A stretch of 64,000 nt of DNA from NCBI RefSeq assembly GCF_030684315.1, contig NC_081365.1:32019394-32083393 (forward strand), read 5' to 3'. Of this stretch, positions 13,288 through 25,500 are shown piece by piece (position 1 is the first letter of the stretch; every line of letters starts with the position of its first letter). Below the pieces are notes generated by a model that did no database searches, was not told the DNA's origin, and saw nothing but the letters and a program-made list of their open reading frames with translations. Source of the stretch: Stegostoma tigrinum. Lineage: Eukaryota. The translations under genes were made by a program, and so were the position numbers.

Positions 13288-14131
13288 TGATAGATAACAA
13301 AGTGTGGAGCTGGATGAACACAGCAGGCCAAGCAGCATTTCAGGAGCACAAAAGCCGACGTTTCGGGCTGAGACCCTTCATCAGACAGGGGGATGGGGAG
13401 AGGGTTCTGGAATAAATAGGGAGTGAGTGGGAGGTGGACCGAAGATGGAGAGAAAAGAAGATAGGTGGAGAGGAGAGTATAGGTGGGGAGGTAGGGAGGG
13501 GATAGGTCAGTCCAGGGAAGACGGACAGGTCAAGGAGGTGGGATGAGGTTAGTAGGTAGGAAATGGAGGTGTGGTTTGAGATGGGAGGAAGGGATGGGTG
13601 AGACGAAGAACAGGTTAGGGAGACAGAGACAGCTGGGCTGGTTTTGGGATGCAGCGTGGGGAGGGGACGAACTGGGCTGGTTTTGGGATGCAGTGGTGGA
13701 AGGGGAGATTCCGCTTGGAAACCCTGCAGCCCAATGGTATCAATGTGGACTTCACCAGCTTCAAAATCTCCCCTTCCCCCACCCATCCCTTCCTCCCATC
13801 TCAAGCCGCACCTCCATTTCCTACCTACAAACCTCATCCCACCTCCTTGACCTGTCCGTCTTCCCTGGACTGACCTATCCTCTCCCTTCCTCCCCACCTA
13901 TACTCTCCTCTCGAACTATTTCTTTTCTCTCCATCTTCGGTCCGCCTCCCCCTCTCTCCCTATTTATTCCAGAACCCTCTCCCCATCGCCCTATCTGATG
14001 AAGGGTCTCAGCCCGAAACGTCAGCTTTTGTGCTCCTAAGATGCTGCTTGGCCTGCTGTGTTCATCCAGCTCCACACTTTGTTATCTTGGATTCTCCAGC
14101 ATCTGCAGTTCCATTATCTCTGATATTATCT
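13288..14131. mobile_element. Penelope-like element terminus in inverted arrangement
   Basis: Arms of about 300 bp in inverted orientation; GIY-YIG C-terminal remnant RLETLQPNGINVDFTSFK (13712-13765); hammerhead cores in both arms; 11-bp direct repeat tagatagttaa at 13277-13287 and 14132-14142. Confidence 0.88.
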
Positions 14132-14493
14132 TAGATAGTTAAAGAGCCAGGTTTGGGACGAAGAAAACTCATTAGCCATCATGGAGAGAAACTCGCCGCA
14201 AATCTTGATGAAATGTTCGCTGCCAAAAACCAATAAGATTCAGTTCTTCGGGTTTGTGTACGCCAATCGCTAAAATGTGGTAATTAGTGATAAATATTTA
14301 TAAAAATCTTAATGAGCTGTTAGTTTATATATGTTGAGCACAGAATATAAAAGAGGAAGAAGAATTGGCAAGGAAATACAGCTGGAGTGCAGTTCAGATG
14401 GAGATTTAAATTCACTGAGGATGAGAGGCCATTATCTCAGTGACTATGGGAGAAAACAATGAGAAATTTAGTGTTGTTTTTGTATGAATGTTC

Positions 14494-17290
14494 TTTTTTT
14501 CTATTCATTTCATGGGATGTGGACATCGCTGGCTGAGCCAGCATTTCTTGCCCATACCTAGTTGCCCTTGAGAAGGTGGTGATGAGCTGCCTCTGGAACG
14601 GCTGCAGCCCTCCTTCTGTGGGTTGACCCACAATGCTAAAAGGGAGGGAATTCCAGGATTTTGATCCAGCGACCGTGGAGGAATGGTGATATATTTCCAA
14701 GACAGGATGGTGAGTGACTTCGAAAGGAACTTGGAGGTGGTGGTGTTCCCATATGTCTGATGCCCTTGTCCTTCTAGTTGGAAGTGGCCGTGGGTTTGGA
14801 AGGTACTGTCTGAGGATATTTGGTGAATTTCTGCTGTGCATTGTGTAGATAGTACACACTGCTGCTACTGAGCTTCAGCAGTGGAGGGAGTGAATGCTTG
14901 TGGATGGAGTGCCAATCAAGCAGGCTGCTGTGTCCTGGATGGTGTCAAGCTTCTTGAGTGTTGTTTGGGGGCTGCACTCATCCAGGCAAGTGGGGAGTAT
15001 TCCATCACACTCCTGACTTGTGCCTTGTAGATGGTGGACAGGCTGTGCGGAGCCAGGAGGTGAGTTACTCGCCACAGTATTCCCAGCTTCTGGCCTGCCC
15101 TTGTAGCCACTGTGTTCATGTGGTGAGTCCAGTTGAGTTTCTGGTCAATGGTAACCCCCAAGATGTTGATAGTGGGGGATTCAGTAATGGTAACACTATT
15201 GAATGTCATCTCTGGAATTTAGCCTTTTCGTCCATGTTTGAACTAAGGCTGTTATGAGGTCAGGAGCTGAGTGGCCCTGGTGGAACCCAAACTGGGCTTC
15301 ACTGAGCAGGTTATTGCTGAGCAGGTGCTTGATAGCACTGTTGATGACACCTTCCACCACTTTACTGATGATTGAGAGGAGACTGATGGGGTGGCAATTG
15401 GCCGGGTTGGATTTGCCCTGCTTTTATGTACCAGACATGGTTGGGCAATTTTCCACATTGTCAGGTAGATACCAGTGTTGTAATTGTACTAGAACAGCTT
15501 AGCTAGTGGAGCAACAAGTTCTGGAGCACAAGTCTTCAGTACTATTGTTGGAATGATGTCAAGACCCATAGCCTTTGCAGTATCCAGTGTCTCCAACTGT
15601 TTCTTGGTATCACGTGGAGTGAATCGTATTGGCTGAAGTCTGGTATCTGTGATGCTGGGGACCACTGGAGGAGGCCAAGATGGATCATCCACTCGGCACT
15701 TCTGGCTGAAGATTTCTGCGAAAGCTTCAGCCTTATCTTCTGCACTGATGCGCTGGGCTTTTCCATCATTGAGGATGGGGATAATTGTGGAACCTCCTTC
15801 TCCAGTGAGTTGTTTAATTGTTCACCACCATTCACAACTGGATGTGACAGGGCTGCAGAGCTTAGATCTGATCTGTTGGTTGTGGGGTCGCTTAGCTCTG
15901 TCTGTCATTTACTGCTTTCGCTGTTGGTATGCACATCCTGTTTGGTGGCTCCACCGGGTTTACATCTCAGTTTCAGGTATGCCTGGTGCTGCTCCTGACA
16001 TGCCCTCCTGCACTGTCCATTGAACCAGGGTTGGCGGTAATGGTTGAGTAGGGGATATGTTGGGCCATGAGGTTACAGATTGTGTTGGAATACAGTTCTG
16101 CAGCTGTTGATGTTCCACAGTGCTCATGGATGCCCAGTCTGGAGTTGCTGGATCTGTGTGAAGTCTGTTCCATTTAGCACGTTGATAGTGCCACACAACA
16201 TGATGGAGGTTCTTCTCAATGTGAAGGTGGGATTTCGTCTCCACAAGGACTATGCGATGGTCACTCTTACTGATACTGTCATGGACAGATGCAACTGCAG
16301 CTGGGAGATTAGTAAGGATGAGGTCAAGTATGTTTTACCCTCTTGTTGGTTCTCTCACCATCTGCCGCAGACTCAGCACAGCAGCTATGTCCTTTAGGAC
16401 CTGACCTGCTCGAGCATTAGTACTGCTGCCGAGCCACTCTTGGTGGTGGACATTGAAATCCCTGATCCTGAGTACATTTTGTGCCCTTGCCATCCTATGT
16501 GTTTCCTGCAAGTGTTGTTCAACATTGAGGAGTATTGGTTCATCAGCTGAGGGAGGACGGTATGTGGTAATCAGCAGGAGGTTTTCGTGCCCGTGTTTAA
16601 CTTGCAGCCATGAGACTTCATGGGGTCTGGAGTTAATGTTGAGGACTCCCAGGGCAACATCCTCTTGACTGTATACCACTGTGCCGCCTCCTCTCCTGGG
16701 TCTGTTCTGCTGGTGAGACAGGACATATCCAGGGATGGTGATGGTAGTCTCTGGGACATTGTTTGTGAGTTATGGTTCTGTGAGTATGACTATGTCAGGC
16801 TGTGGCTTGACTCTTCCTTGAGACAGCTCTCCCAACTTTGGCACTAACCCCCAGATATTAATGAGGAGGCCTTTTCAGGTCGACAGGGCTGTTTCTGCCA
16901 TTGTGTTTTCTGGTGCCTTGGTCAATGCCGGGAGATCTGTCCGGTTTCATTTTGCATAGTCTTTGTAGCAATTGGTACAACTGCGTGCCTTGCTAGACTA
17001 TTTCAGAGGGCAGTTGAGAGTCAACCACATTGCTGTGGGTCTGGAGTCACATGAAGGCCTGACCAGATGAGGGTGGCAGATTTCCTCCCCTGCAGGTCAT
17101 TAGTGAACCAGATGGGTTTTTCCTGACAATCGGCAATTGTTTTATGGTGGTCAACAGATTCTCAAATCCGGACTTTTTTTTGGATTCCAATTCCACCATC
17201 TGCTGTGGTGGGATTCGAACCCAGGTCCCCAGAACATCAGCTTGGTTTCTGGATTAATAGTCTAGCCATGATACCACTCGGCCATCGCTT
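14494..17290 (-). mobile_element. CR1/L2-group LINE with APE and RT remnants, tRNA-derived 5' head and no ORF1
   Basis: Minus strand order: A/B boxes (17290-17210); Deu-like domain; ATG at 16950; NIWGLVPKLGEL...PDIVILTE (APE); LLLITTYRPPS; DFNVHHQEWL; LDTAKAMGLD; LKTCAPEL; NILGVTIDQKLNW; 3' tail cacatcccatgaaatgaatagaaaaaaa. Confidence 0.88.
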
Positions 17291-19864
17291 AAAGATTAAG
17301 GACTTTCAATGAGAAGTAGGAGAAATTGAAACAAGACACATCCAATTCCCTTTTGAAGGCTAACATTGAATCTCTACCAATCACTCAATCAGGCAGCGCA
17401 TTCTAAATCCTAACCACTCATTGTATAAAAATGTTTCTCTTCACATCCCCTCCAGTTCTTCTGGCAATTGCTTCAAATCAGTGGTCTTTGGTTAACATTC
17501 AATTCTGTGTTAACTTCTTTATAGCCTTCAAAGACTTATGTGTGAGCAGCCTCAACAGGGATGTTTTTGCATCCCTTTTAAAATTCAGCGATTTAGTTTG
17601 CGATGTACGGCAGGTTTTCTTTTAAAGTTGTGATTGCGTTCCCGAAAATTGCAACTTTATCTGAAAATAAGTGAATCATTAACTGCCACAAAAGCCAATG
17701 TCAAATTCAGAATGAAATTCTGCAGGACTTTTTTTTAGCATAAGTAGAGCTGAGAAATGTTACACCATTGAGATATTTTGCATAATTAAATTCTTATATT
17801 GATGAAATAAATAATGTCCAGAATAAAAAATAAATTAAAAACTATGAAAGAAAATTTGACTTTTCTACCAATAGTACTGCACCTGCTGCTCGTTGCTGAC
17901 CTTGCCTCAGGAACCTCTCACTCTCTGACCACTGCAGATCACCCTCCTTTCTGGTCTTCTGCTTGTGACCTTCACAGAAATGGGGGGATGGGGAGAATGT
18001 CAACAAGAAAAAACCTGGGGCTGCATGAGAAATTGGAGGAAGTTCAAAGCCCTGCAGCTGATCAAGAAGGGCATCTCTGCCTGTCTGAGGGATCAACAAG
18101 GAGGAGCTATGCTACGAACAGCAGATCCATATCAGTCTATCAGCAAGCATCTAAGATGTGGCCCAGAACAAATGGTGGATGAAGCAGGCAGGGTGGAGCC
18201 TCACGGATAACATTGCCTGAAAACGTTCCGTCTAAGTTGTGCAGCTCAGAGGATCTGCACAGAAGCAAGAAAAGTTAAGGGGAAGTATCTCCCTGAGCAG
18301 ACCTTGGAAACTAGGCTTTTTGAGGTTGAAGCCATACATCAGAAAGTTATAGGCACGATGTGACAGTATCAAGTTGGAGAGTTAGAGGATGGGTCAGGCA
18401 TCTCCAAAGTAACATGAACCACATGGGACACAATGCTAAAACAAATCTTGTGATGAACAACAAGATTACAGGCCCTGTTAACTTCTTGACATTCAAACAA
18501 AATATTGTTTAATGGCTAACTATAAATGAGGACTTACTACTTCACATTTTTCCTACACAAATATAGAATTTTCCACTGTCTGAATTGAACTTTATTGCCA
18601 TGAGCGCTCCAAATCTAATTACTCACCTATGTACTTCACTTACTGTAGCAAATTTGGTTTGTGAGAGGGCATTTCATTCAGTGTCAAGTTGGAGGGTGGT
18701 ACCTGGTCAATGTCCCACCTCTGACCCCCGATCAAATCCACAACAAGATGACTTGTGGGTGACCTTCCTGCCAATTGAAGCCTGTAAGTGGGAAATTAAT
18801 GCCCTCAAGGGCTGTGTCCTGCAACTGCTAGTTTTCATTCAGGCATCAGTGGCAGGCGTTGCCATGTGAAAAGTCCAAAAATAAAGCTCCATCAGAGTTG
18901 CCTATGGGCTTCATAGGCACACAGTGTTTATTTAAGAGACCCAACTTCAGGTACAGGGGTGGGGACAGGGGTAAAGTCCACTGAGTACTAACCCCTGCCC
19001 ATGTTGCTGAACATCTCCCCTTCTGAGATCTGTTTTCCCCCAGTTATTCAGTCATCTTGTGCCTTGGTGCACAGATGAGCTACTAATAGTAACCACAGTT
19101 TCCCTGGTGGTGCTGCTGAGCAAGAAAGATCTGTTGGCCTCTGATTGGCTGGCAGTTTTTGCCAGAGGGACATCCATCCCGTCGAGTCTGATTGCATGCA
19201 AGGCCCACTGCTGTCCAGTTAATTGCCTGATTAGCAATAGGCCAGCCTGAAGACATAAGGTGCTCGTTGATTTTCAATAGCTGTAAGCGGGTAGGGAGTG
19301 AGGTCCAGGTTTTTGATGCAGTAACACTGAAGAAACGGTGATGTATTTCCAAGTCAGGATTGTGAATGGATTGGAAGGGAATGTGCAGGTAGTGGCAATT
19401 CATTGTATTTGTGTCCTTTTCATTCCACATGTTAGTTGTTGTCATTTTGGAATGTGCTGTTGAAGGGGCCTTGATGAATTTCTGCACTGCATCTTGTAGA
19501 TAGCACATAGTGCTATTATGGAGCTGGTCTTGCTGCCAGTCCAGGCTAAGGGAAATCAATAAAGCGCAGAAACATCCTGTGAGTGGATTAGAGATGTATC
19601 ATAAAGGTTCTTGGTTCTGGCACAAATCATATGCCAATGTGTGTGAATTTGGGATGTATTGGCCAGTGCCCATTGACAGTGCCCTAAAGTATTGGTGCCC
19701 AGTGATCAGCATCGTGGTCCTTTAGAGCATATGCCAAGCTGAAGTCACCATGTGCCCACCCTAAATGTTAAGCTGAGAATTCTGCATGTCTACTTTGGTT
19801 GACATGTTTGGTAAGACAGGAAGCTGAATATTAATTAGGTGAGAATGTACTAATCAATAACCAA

Positions 19865-21600
19865 TAGAAATAGAAATGGAAGTAGACCATTCAGTCCCTC
19901 AAGCCTGTTCCCCTATCCAATAGCACATGGCTGACATTCCTGCCCTTCTCCTGTAACCCTTGCGTCCCCTACTGATCAAGAATCTATCTCACCCTTAAAA
20001 TACACAAGGTGTCTACTCTGACAGATATCTGTGACAAGGAGTTCTGAAGATTCACAACATTCAGAAGAAATTCCTCCTCAGCTCAGCCTTAAATTGGGTT
20101 ACCTTTATTTTGAGACTATGTCCTCTGGCCCTAGACTCTCCCATGAGGGGAAACATTCTCTCAGCACTTACCCTGTCAAGCTCCTTAAGAATCCTATGTG
20201 TTTCAATAAGGTCACCTCTAATTCTCCCAAACTACAGGGAGTAGAGCCCCAGCCTGTTTAGCCTTTGCATATAAGACAATCCCTCCACACTGGGTGGCAT
20301 CTTAGTGAACGTTCTCTGAACTACCTCTAATGAAATATCTTTCCTTTGATAAGGAGACCAAAACTGCTCAGTGTCCTTTCAATGTGACCTCACCAACATC
20401 TTGTGTGCTTGCAGTAAGACCTCCCTAGTTTAATATTCTAGCCACCTTGAAATAAGGGCCAACATTCTATTAGCCTTCCTGATTATCTGCCTCACCTATG
20501 TGCTAGCTTTTTATGTTTCATGCACAGTATCTCTGAGTCCCTTTGTGATGCAGCTTTCTGCTGTTTTTATCTATTTAAATATCACCCTGTTAAATTTTAA
20601 AATTATTTTGGGGCATCATCATAGAATAGCTAATCCACCTAGCCTGCACATCATTGGATTGTGAGAGGAAACTGGAGCACCCCCAGAGGAAACTCACAAA
20701 GGCACAGGGGGACCGTGCAAACCCAACACAGACAGTTGCCTGAGCCATGAATTGAACCAGGGTTGCTTGCACTGTGAGGCAACAGTGCTAACCACAGAGC
20801 CACTGTGTGCCTATATAATACTCTGTTCTTTTGTTCTCTCTTCCAAAACGAACAACTTCACATTTTCTCACATTATACTCCATTTACCAACATCATGTTT
20901 ACTTATTCAACACTCTTACAATTTACATTTCCACCTAGTTTTGTGTTATCTACAAATTTGGCTACAGTACATTCACTTCTTTCCTCCGAGTAATTAACAT
21001 ATGTTGTAAGCAATTATGGTCCCAGCATTGATCCCTGTGGAACCCACTGGTCATTGGTTGACAACCTGACAAAGAATCCTTTATGCCCTCTCAGTGTTCC
21101 CTGCCCATTAGCCAATTCTCTATCAATGCTATTTCCAACACTGTGAGCTCTTACCTTGCGATTTAGTTTTTTTTTTGTGCGGTGCTTTGTCAAATGCTTT
21201 CTGTAAGTCAAAAATACAACACATTTACTGGTTCCTCTCTAACCACTCTGGTTGAGAGTTCCTTGAAAAACACAAATATGTTAGTCAGTCACAATTACAC
21301 TTTCTTGAAGCCATGCTGACTTTGCTCGAGTGGATTCTGATTTTCCAGATGTGCTGCTATTACTTCCCTAATAATTAATTCCAACAATCGATATTAGCTT
21401 AATTGGCCTACCTGCTTTCACCTTCTCTCCCTTTTAGAAAAGAATGTCGCATTGACAGTTGGTCATTCTCTGGTACTTCTCCAGAATCCAAACCTTTTTG
21501 GAAAAGTACAATCAATGCACCCACCATCTCTGTAGCTACTTCTTTCAGGATCCTAGGATGCAAGCCAACTTAATTACCTTTAACCCCACTAGTTTGCCGA
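19865..21600 (-). mobile_element. CR1 LINE (degraded) with nested V-SINE at 20625-20808
   Basis: VPQGSMLGP RT motif on the minus strand (ORF 21014-21211); SINE head cacagtggctctgtggttagcac on the minus strand. Confidence 0.8.
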
Positions 21601-22319
21601 ATCTAACTTCTTTAGTGATATTGATGGTATTTAATTCTTCACCCATGCTCTTTCGCAGAAGGAAAAGCAGGCTGACTTTAAGTCATACAGGTTAGATCTA
21701 AATTCATTCCATCCTCGATGCAACTTGGCTCCAGCTGAGGTTTGCAGCCATTCAACCACACACCTCATGCTGGGCAGTCTATCAGAATCAGAGGGTGTTT
21801 AATTTGTGTACCGACTACATCAGTTTGAAAAGGGCAGGGTAATTGCTCACTGCAGTCTGATGCTTTTCTTTGGGAAATATTTAATTTAGTCCCCTTCCTC
21901 ATTCCCTTATTGGAGTGACAAATTTTATCAAAGATTCCTCTAACCGTTTAGTCATTTTATTTCTTTCCCAGGGTTGAATTTTCAATTACAAGGGAGCACA
22001 GGTTCAAGGTGAGAGGGAGCAAGTTTAAGGGAGATGTGTGAGGGAAGTTTTTCAGGCAGAGAGTAGTAAGAGCCTGGAACGCACTGCCAGAAGAGATGTT
22101 CCTTTATTGAGAAAGGAATAAAAGGAAAGAATTCGTATCAACATTCTCAGTTATTCCGAAATACTGAAATGAAATAGATTTGGTTGTATATGTGAGATGC
22201 CAGGAAAACTAATGCAAAGTACACAAGAGCTGCTGGCTATAGTAGAAACAAATAATTGTCGCACAGAGACATGTTTTTCACTGATTCTTTTTAAGAAGTT
22301 ATTTCATTGTGAGGTGCAC

Positions 22320-22430
22320 TTAAAGATAAACATCAAAAGGTCAATCCAAACAGGAAGGCTGATGTACAAACCCACAGCAATATACTTTACTTTTTTAGCG
22401 TAAGGCTGGTTGCGCACACCCACCTATCAT
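22320..22430 (+). promoter_or_regulatory. Putative proximal promoter of the IgSF gene
   Basis: Within 160 bp of the ATG there are AGATAA (GATA), AAAGGTCA (nuclear-receptor half site), ACAGGAAG (ETS, 22350-22357), ACCCACA (RUNX-like) and CACACCCACC. These are short motifs only. Confidence 0.3.
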
Positions 22431-22476
22431 ACCCGAACTTGTTCTCAACTTTTTGATTCTACATGTGCTGAGCAAA

Positions 22477-22531
22477 ATGTTTTCAGCTGATAACAGTTTC
22501 ACTAAGTGGATTCTCCTCATGATTAGCTTGG
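22477..22531 (+). CDS. Exon 1, leader peptide (MFSADNSFTKWILLMISL-)
   Basis: ATG in aaaATGt context; 55 nt; hydrophobic WILLMISL; strong donor G|GTAAGG at 22532 in phase 1, continuing in frame into VVLYC-EDQVFQTP of the V exon. Confidence 0.7.
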
Positions 22532-25500
22532 GTAAGGACGCTTCTTTGTGCTGATAAAGCTAGCAAATCTGAAAGAACAGTCCACCTAACAATTTAACGT
22601 ATCTGCTGATATTGATTGTCACGTTTTGATCTTTGAATTTCTTGTATTAAGACCTTGCAGGAGTTCTTTAGTCAAACATTCAGCCGGCCTAAATATTGTA
22701 CAGGGCAGCACTAAATGTTGACCTGTCTTCATTCACAAGAAACTAGACTATTTAGATGGGAATCTGTATTGACTTTGAAAAATAAGTGTTTGAAATGTCA
22801 GAAACAATTTGTCGAAATCTGTACAATGGTATTAATTTTAGAGTTCCACTTTTGTACTGCCTATGATATTTTCATACAAATTTAACCAAATGTAATCAAA
22901 ATCAAAACTTTCGTCCTAAACCTCACTGTATTAGCGGTATTGTGAATATATCTCCATGGTGAGCATGGTAGTAAGTGAGCAGTGCTTTTTAAGCAGACAC
23001 TTTTATCCTTACGCAGACATTAAACTTGTTTAAAATTCTTCAACTTGGCAATATGTCATGACAATTTTGTTTTATCTTTGAGCTATCCAAGACAGTACGA
23101 GATATGCACCGATCAACAAGATTCTCTCATGTTGGCATTTGAACAGTACTGTGCAAGTTCTTTACAATGTTTCTCATATTCCACCAATAAACACCTTATT
23201 TGGTCAGTTTGGGGCAGTAATCTCAATTCTACAATTCTCAAGCTTCCTAATTTAAATTGTGAAGAGACAAGGCTAAATTCTTGTTGAACCAAACAATGAC
23301 ATTATAAACTCTTGCGACAAAGATCATTGACATTACAAACATCTTGGTCTTTGAAATGAATACATAAAAATCTTGCTATCATAAATGTGTATTATAAAAT
23401 CAAACAGTGACATGCCTTTGTGTAAGAGATTTTTGACTGGTTGTGCAATGCATTGGGGTTTCATATGTTAACTGCATTCTTGCCTACAAACAAATTTTGA
23501 TTCAAAAGAAAAATAATGCACCCTGCAAATGTTGATCTGCTGAATTCGTGTCATGTTTTCCTCAGTAAAGGATCTTATTTCAATCTATTAAAGTCCTCCG
23601 TCTTCAAATAGGTATGCAAGTTCCCAGAGCTAATTTTGATTAGTTTTTAATTAATGATGCTAATTCAGTTTGATTTTTCTTTGGAACAGTTGTATTATAT
23701 TGTGAAGACCAAGTTTTCCAAACTCCAACTGTTCTCCGAGCATTCAAGGGAGAAAGTGTTAACATCACTTTTTCCAACTGGTCCATTCGTAAGAAGGTTG
23801 AAATGATGCATGTTTCCTGGTGGAGGAGTAAACAAGCCGAAAATCCTGTATGTAGTTTAACTTATATAAATAAGATGCAGATACAGAATCCTCTCTGTGA
23901 TAATCGAATGAGCATCATTTTGAAGCTCAATGCTAGTGTTACTCACTTTATCATCCAAGATCTCCAAACGAATGATTCAGATCTATATTATTGTAAGATT
24001 GCATTTCATATACCACCGCCTACTGTAGAAATAGAAGGAAACAAAACAAGCCTCGTAGTGGCAGGTATGAGTTTTTTTTTGTGTGTGTGTATTGTACAAA
24101 AATGTATGGATATAATTATTATTGCATCAATCACATCTATATGTTCTGCTGGTCACGAGTTGGAATGAATTGTAAATACATTTGTAAAAAAATTCTAAAT
24201 GTTATCAACAACATCATAACCTAAATATTTGCCTGTTTAATAGGATTGATGTACAGTATTAAGTTTCGGGAACAACATCACAGCCATTGTAGCCATCCAC
24301 AATGGCTTTTTTAATAAATAAATTAAAAATGAAGTAGTTTATTTTCCAAAATTACAAAAGATCTGTAGGTTAGGTGGATTGGATGTGCTAAGTTGCCTAT
24401 AATGTCCAGGGATGTGTAAGATAGATGGATTAGCCTTGGGAAATGAAATGTGGGGTTACAGGGATAGGGTAGGGGAATGGGTTTTGTTGGGATGCTCTTC
24501 AGCGAGGTCAGTATGGGCTTGATTAATAAATGGCCTGCTTCCACATGGTAGGGCTTCTATGAGTCCATGATTCACAACTCTCTATTTTATCTTTTTTCTC
24601 AAGTTCCTCCAGTGGTTGAAGTTAAATTTCTTCCTCAGCTTGAAAATTGCCATTGTGTACAACTGGTTTGTAAAGCAGAGAACCTCTATTCTGGTGATGT
24701 ACAAATGAGGTGGAGAAGAGAAAGAAAAGAAGGCTCAGTATGGATTGACTCTGGACCTATTATCATCTCAAACAATAGCAATTCTGTAACAAGTTATGTC
24801 AACCTCTCCCACTGGAAGGCAGGGGATGTATATTCATGTCTTGTGAATCAGTCGATGTTGCAAATCCCTCTCATTAGGAAACTCACCATACCACTTGATG
24901 AACAACAGGAAGGTATTTCAATTTTAAAGTTCATTACTATCTTCACTTTAAAATCTTTCTGTCCTTTCTTGTAATGAGAAAGTGAAATATTCCAGGAGTT
25001 TTAGGATTCATTCTGTTTCCAATCTTATTTGAGTGGAAAGAAAATTGCAGATTCACTAAGTAGACCTGATTTCTCTGAACTCCTACTGATTTAGTGATTT
25101 TGAAAATGAAAAGTACAGGAATAGTAATTTACTGAAATGAAACTGCTTCATACTGTCTGATTGCTTTGGCTAAACCTACCAGCTGGTTTATTTGCAGGAA
25201 TTACATGCATATACAATCAAAGAAAGTATTAAGAAACCAATTGGGAATCGTAACTAGCTCTAGTTAAAATGGAGATGAATAATTTCTTATTCCATAGCAT
25301 AGGTTAACATCTCATACCTTGTGGGTAGTTAAGGTTCAGTTGCATAAATTAACAGCACCTAATGTCAACGTTAAAAATGGAAGTCAGTGCAGGGGGTGGT
25401 GAGGATCTGAGGCTGCAGTGAGCAGGGGTGCGGCATTCAGTGGTTGTGGGGAATTGGAGTGGGCAATAGTGCCTTGTGGCAGTGGTCAGAGGCACACAGG

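Noticed and set aside
13340-13998. Overlapping Pro/Gly-rich ORFs on both strands
   Set aside because: Artefacts of the low-complexity Penelope inverted repeat.
23516-23611. ATGs at 23516, 23529 and 23553 as the gene start
   Set aside because: All hit stop codons at or before the 23611 donor.
23690-24912. Rearranging TCR or Ig light-chain locus
   Set aside because: No RSS, no separate J segments, no charged TM residue, and a long Tyr-bearing tail.
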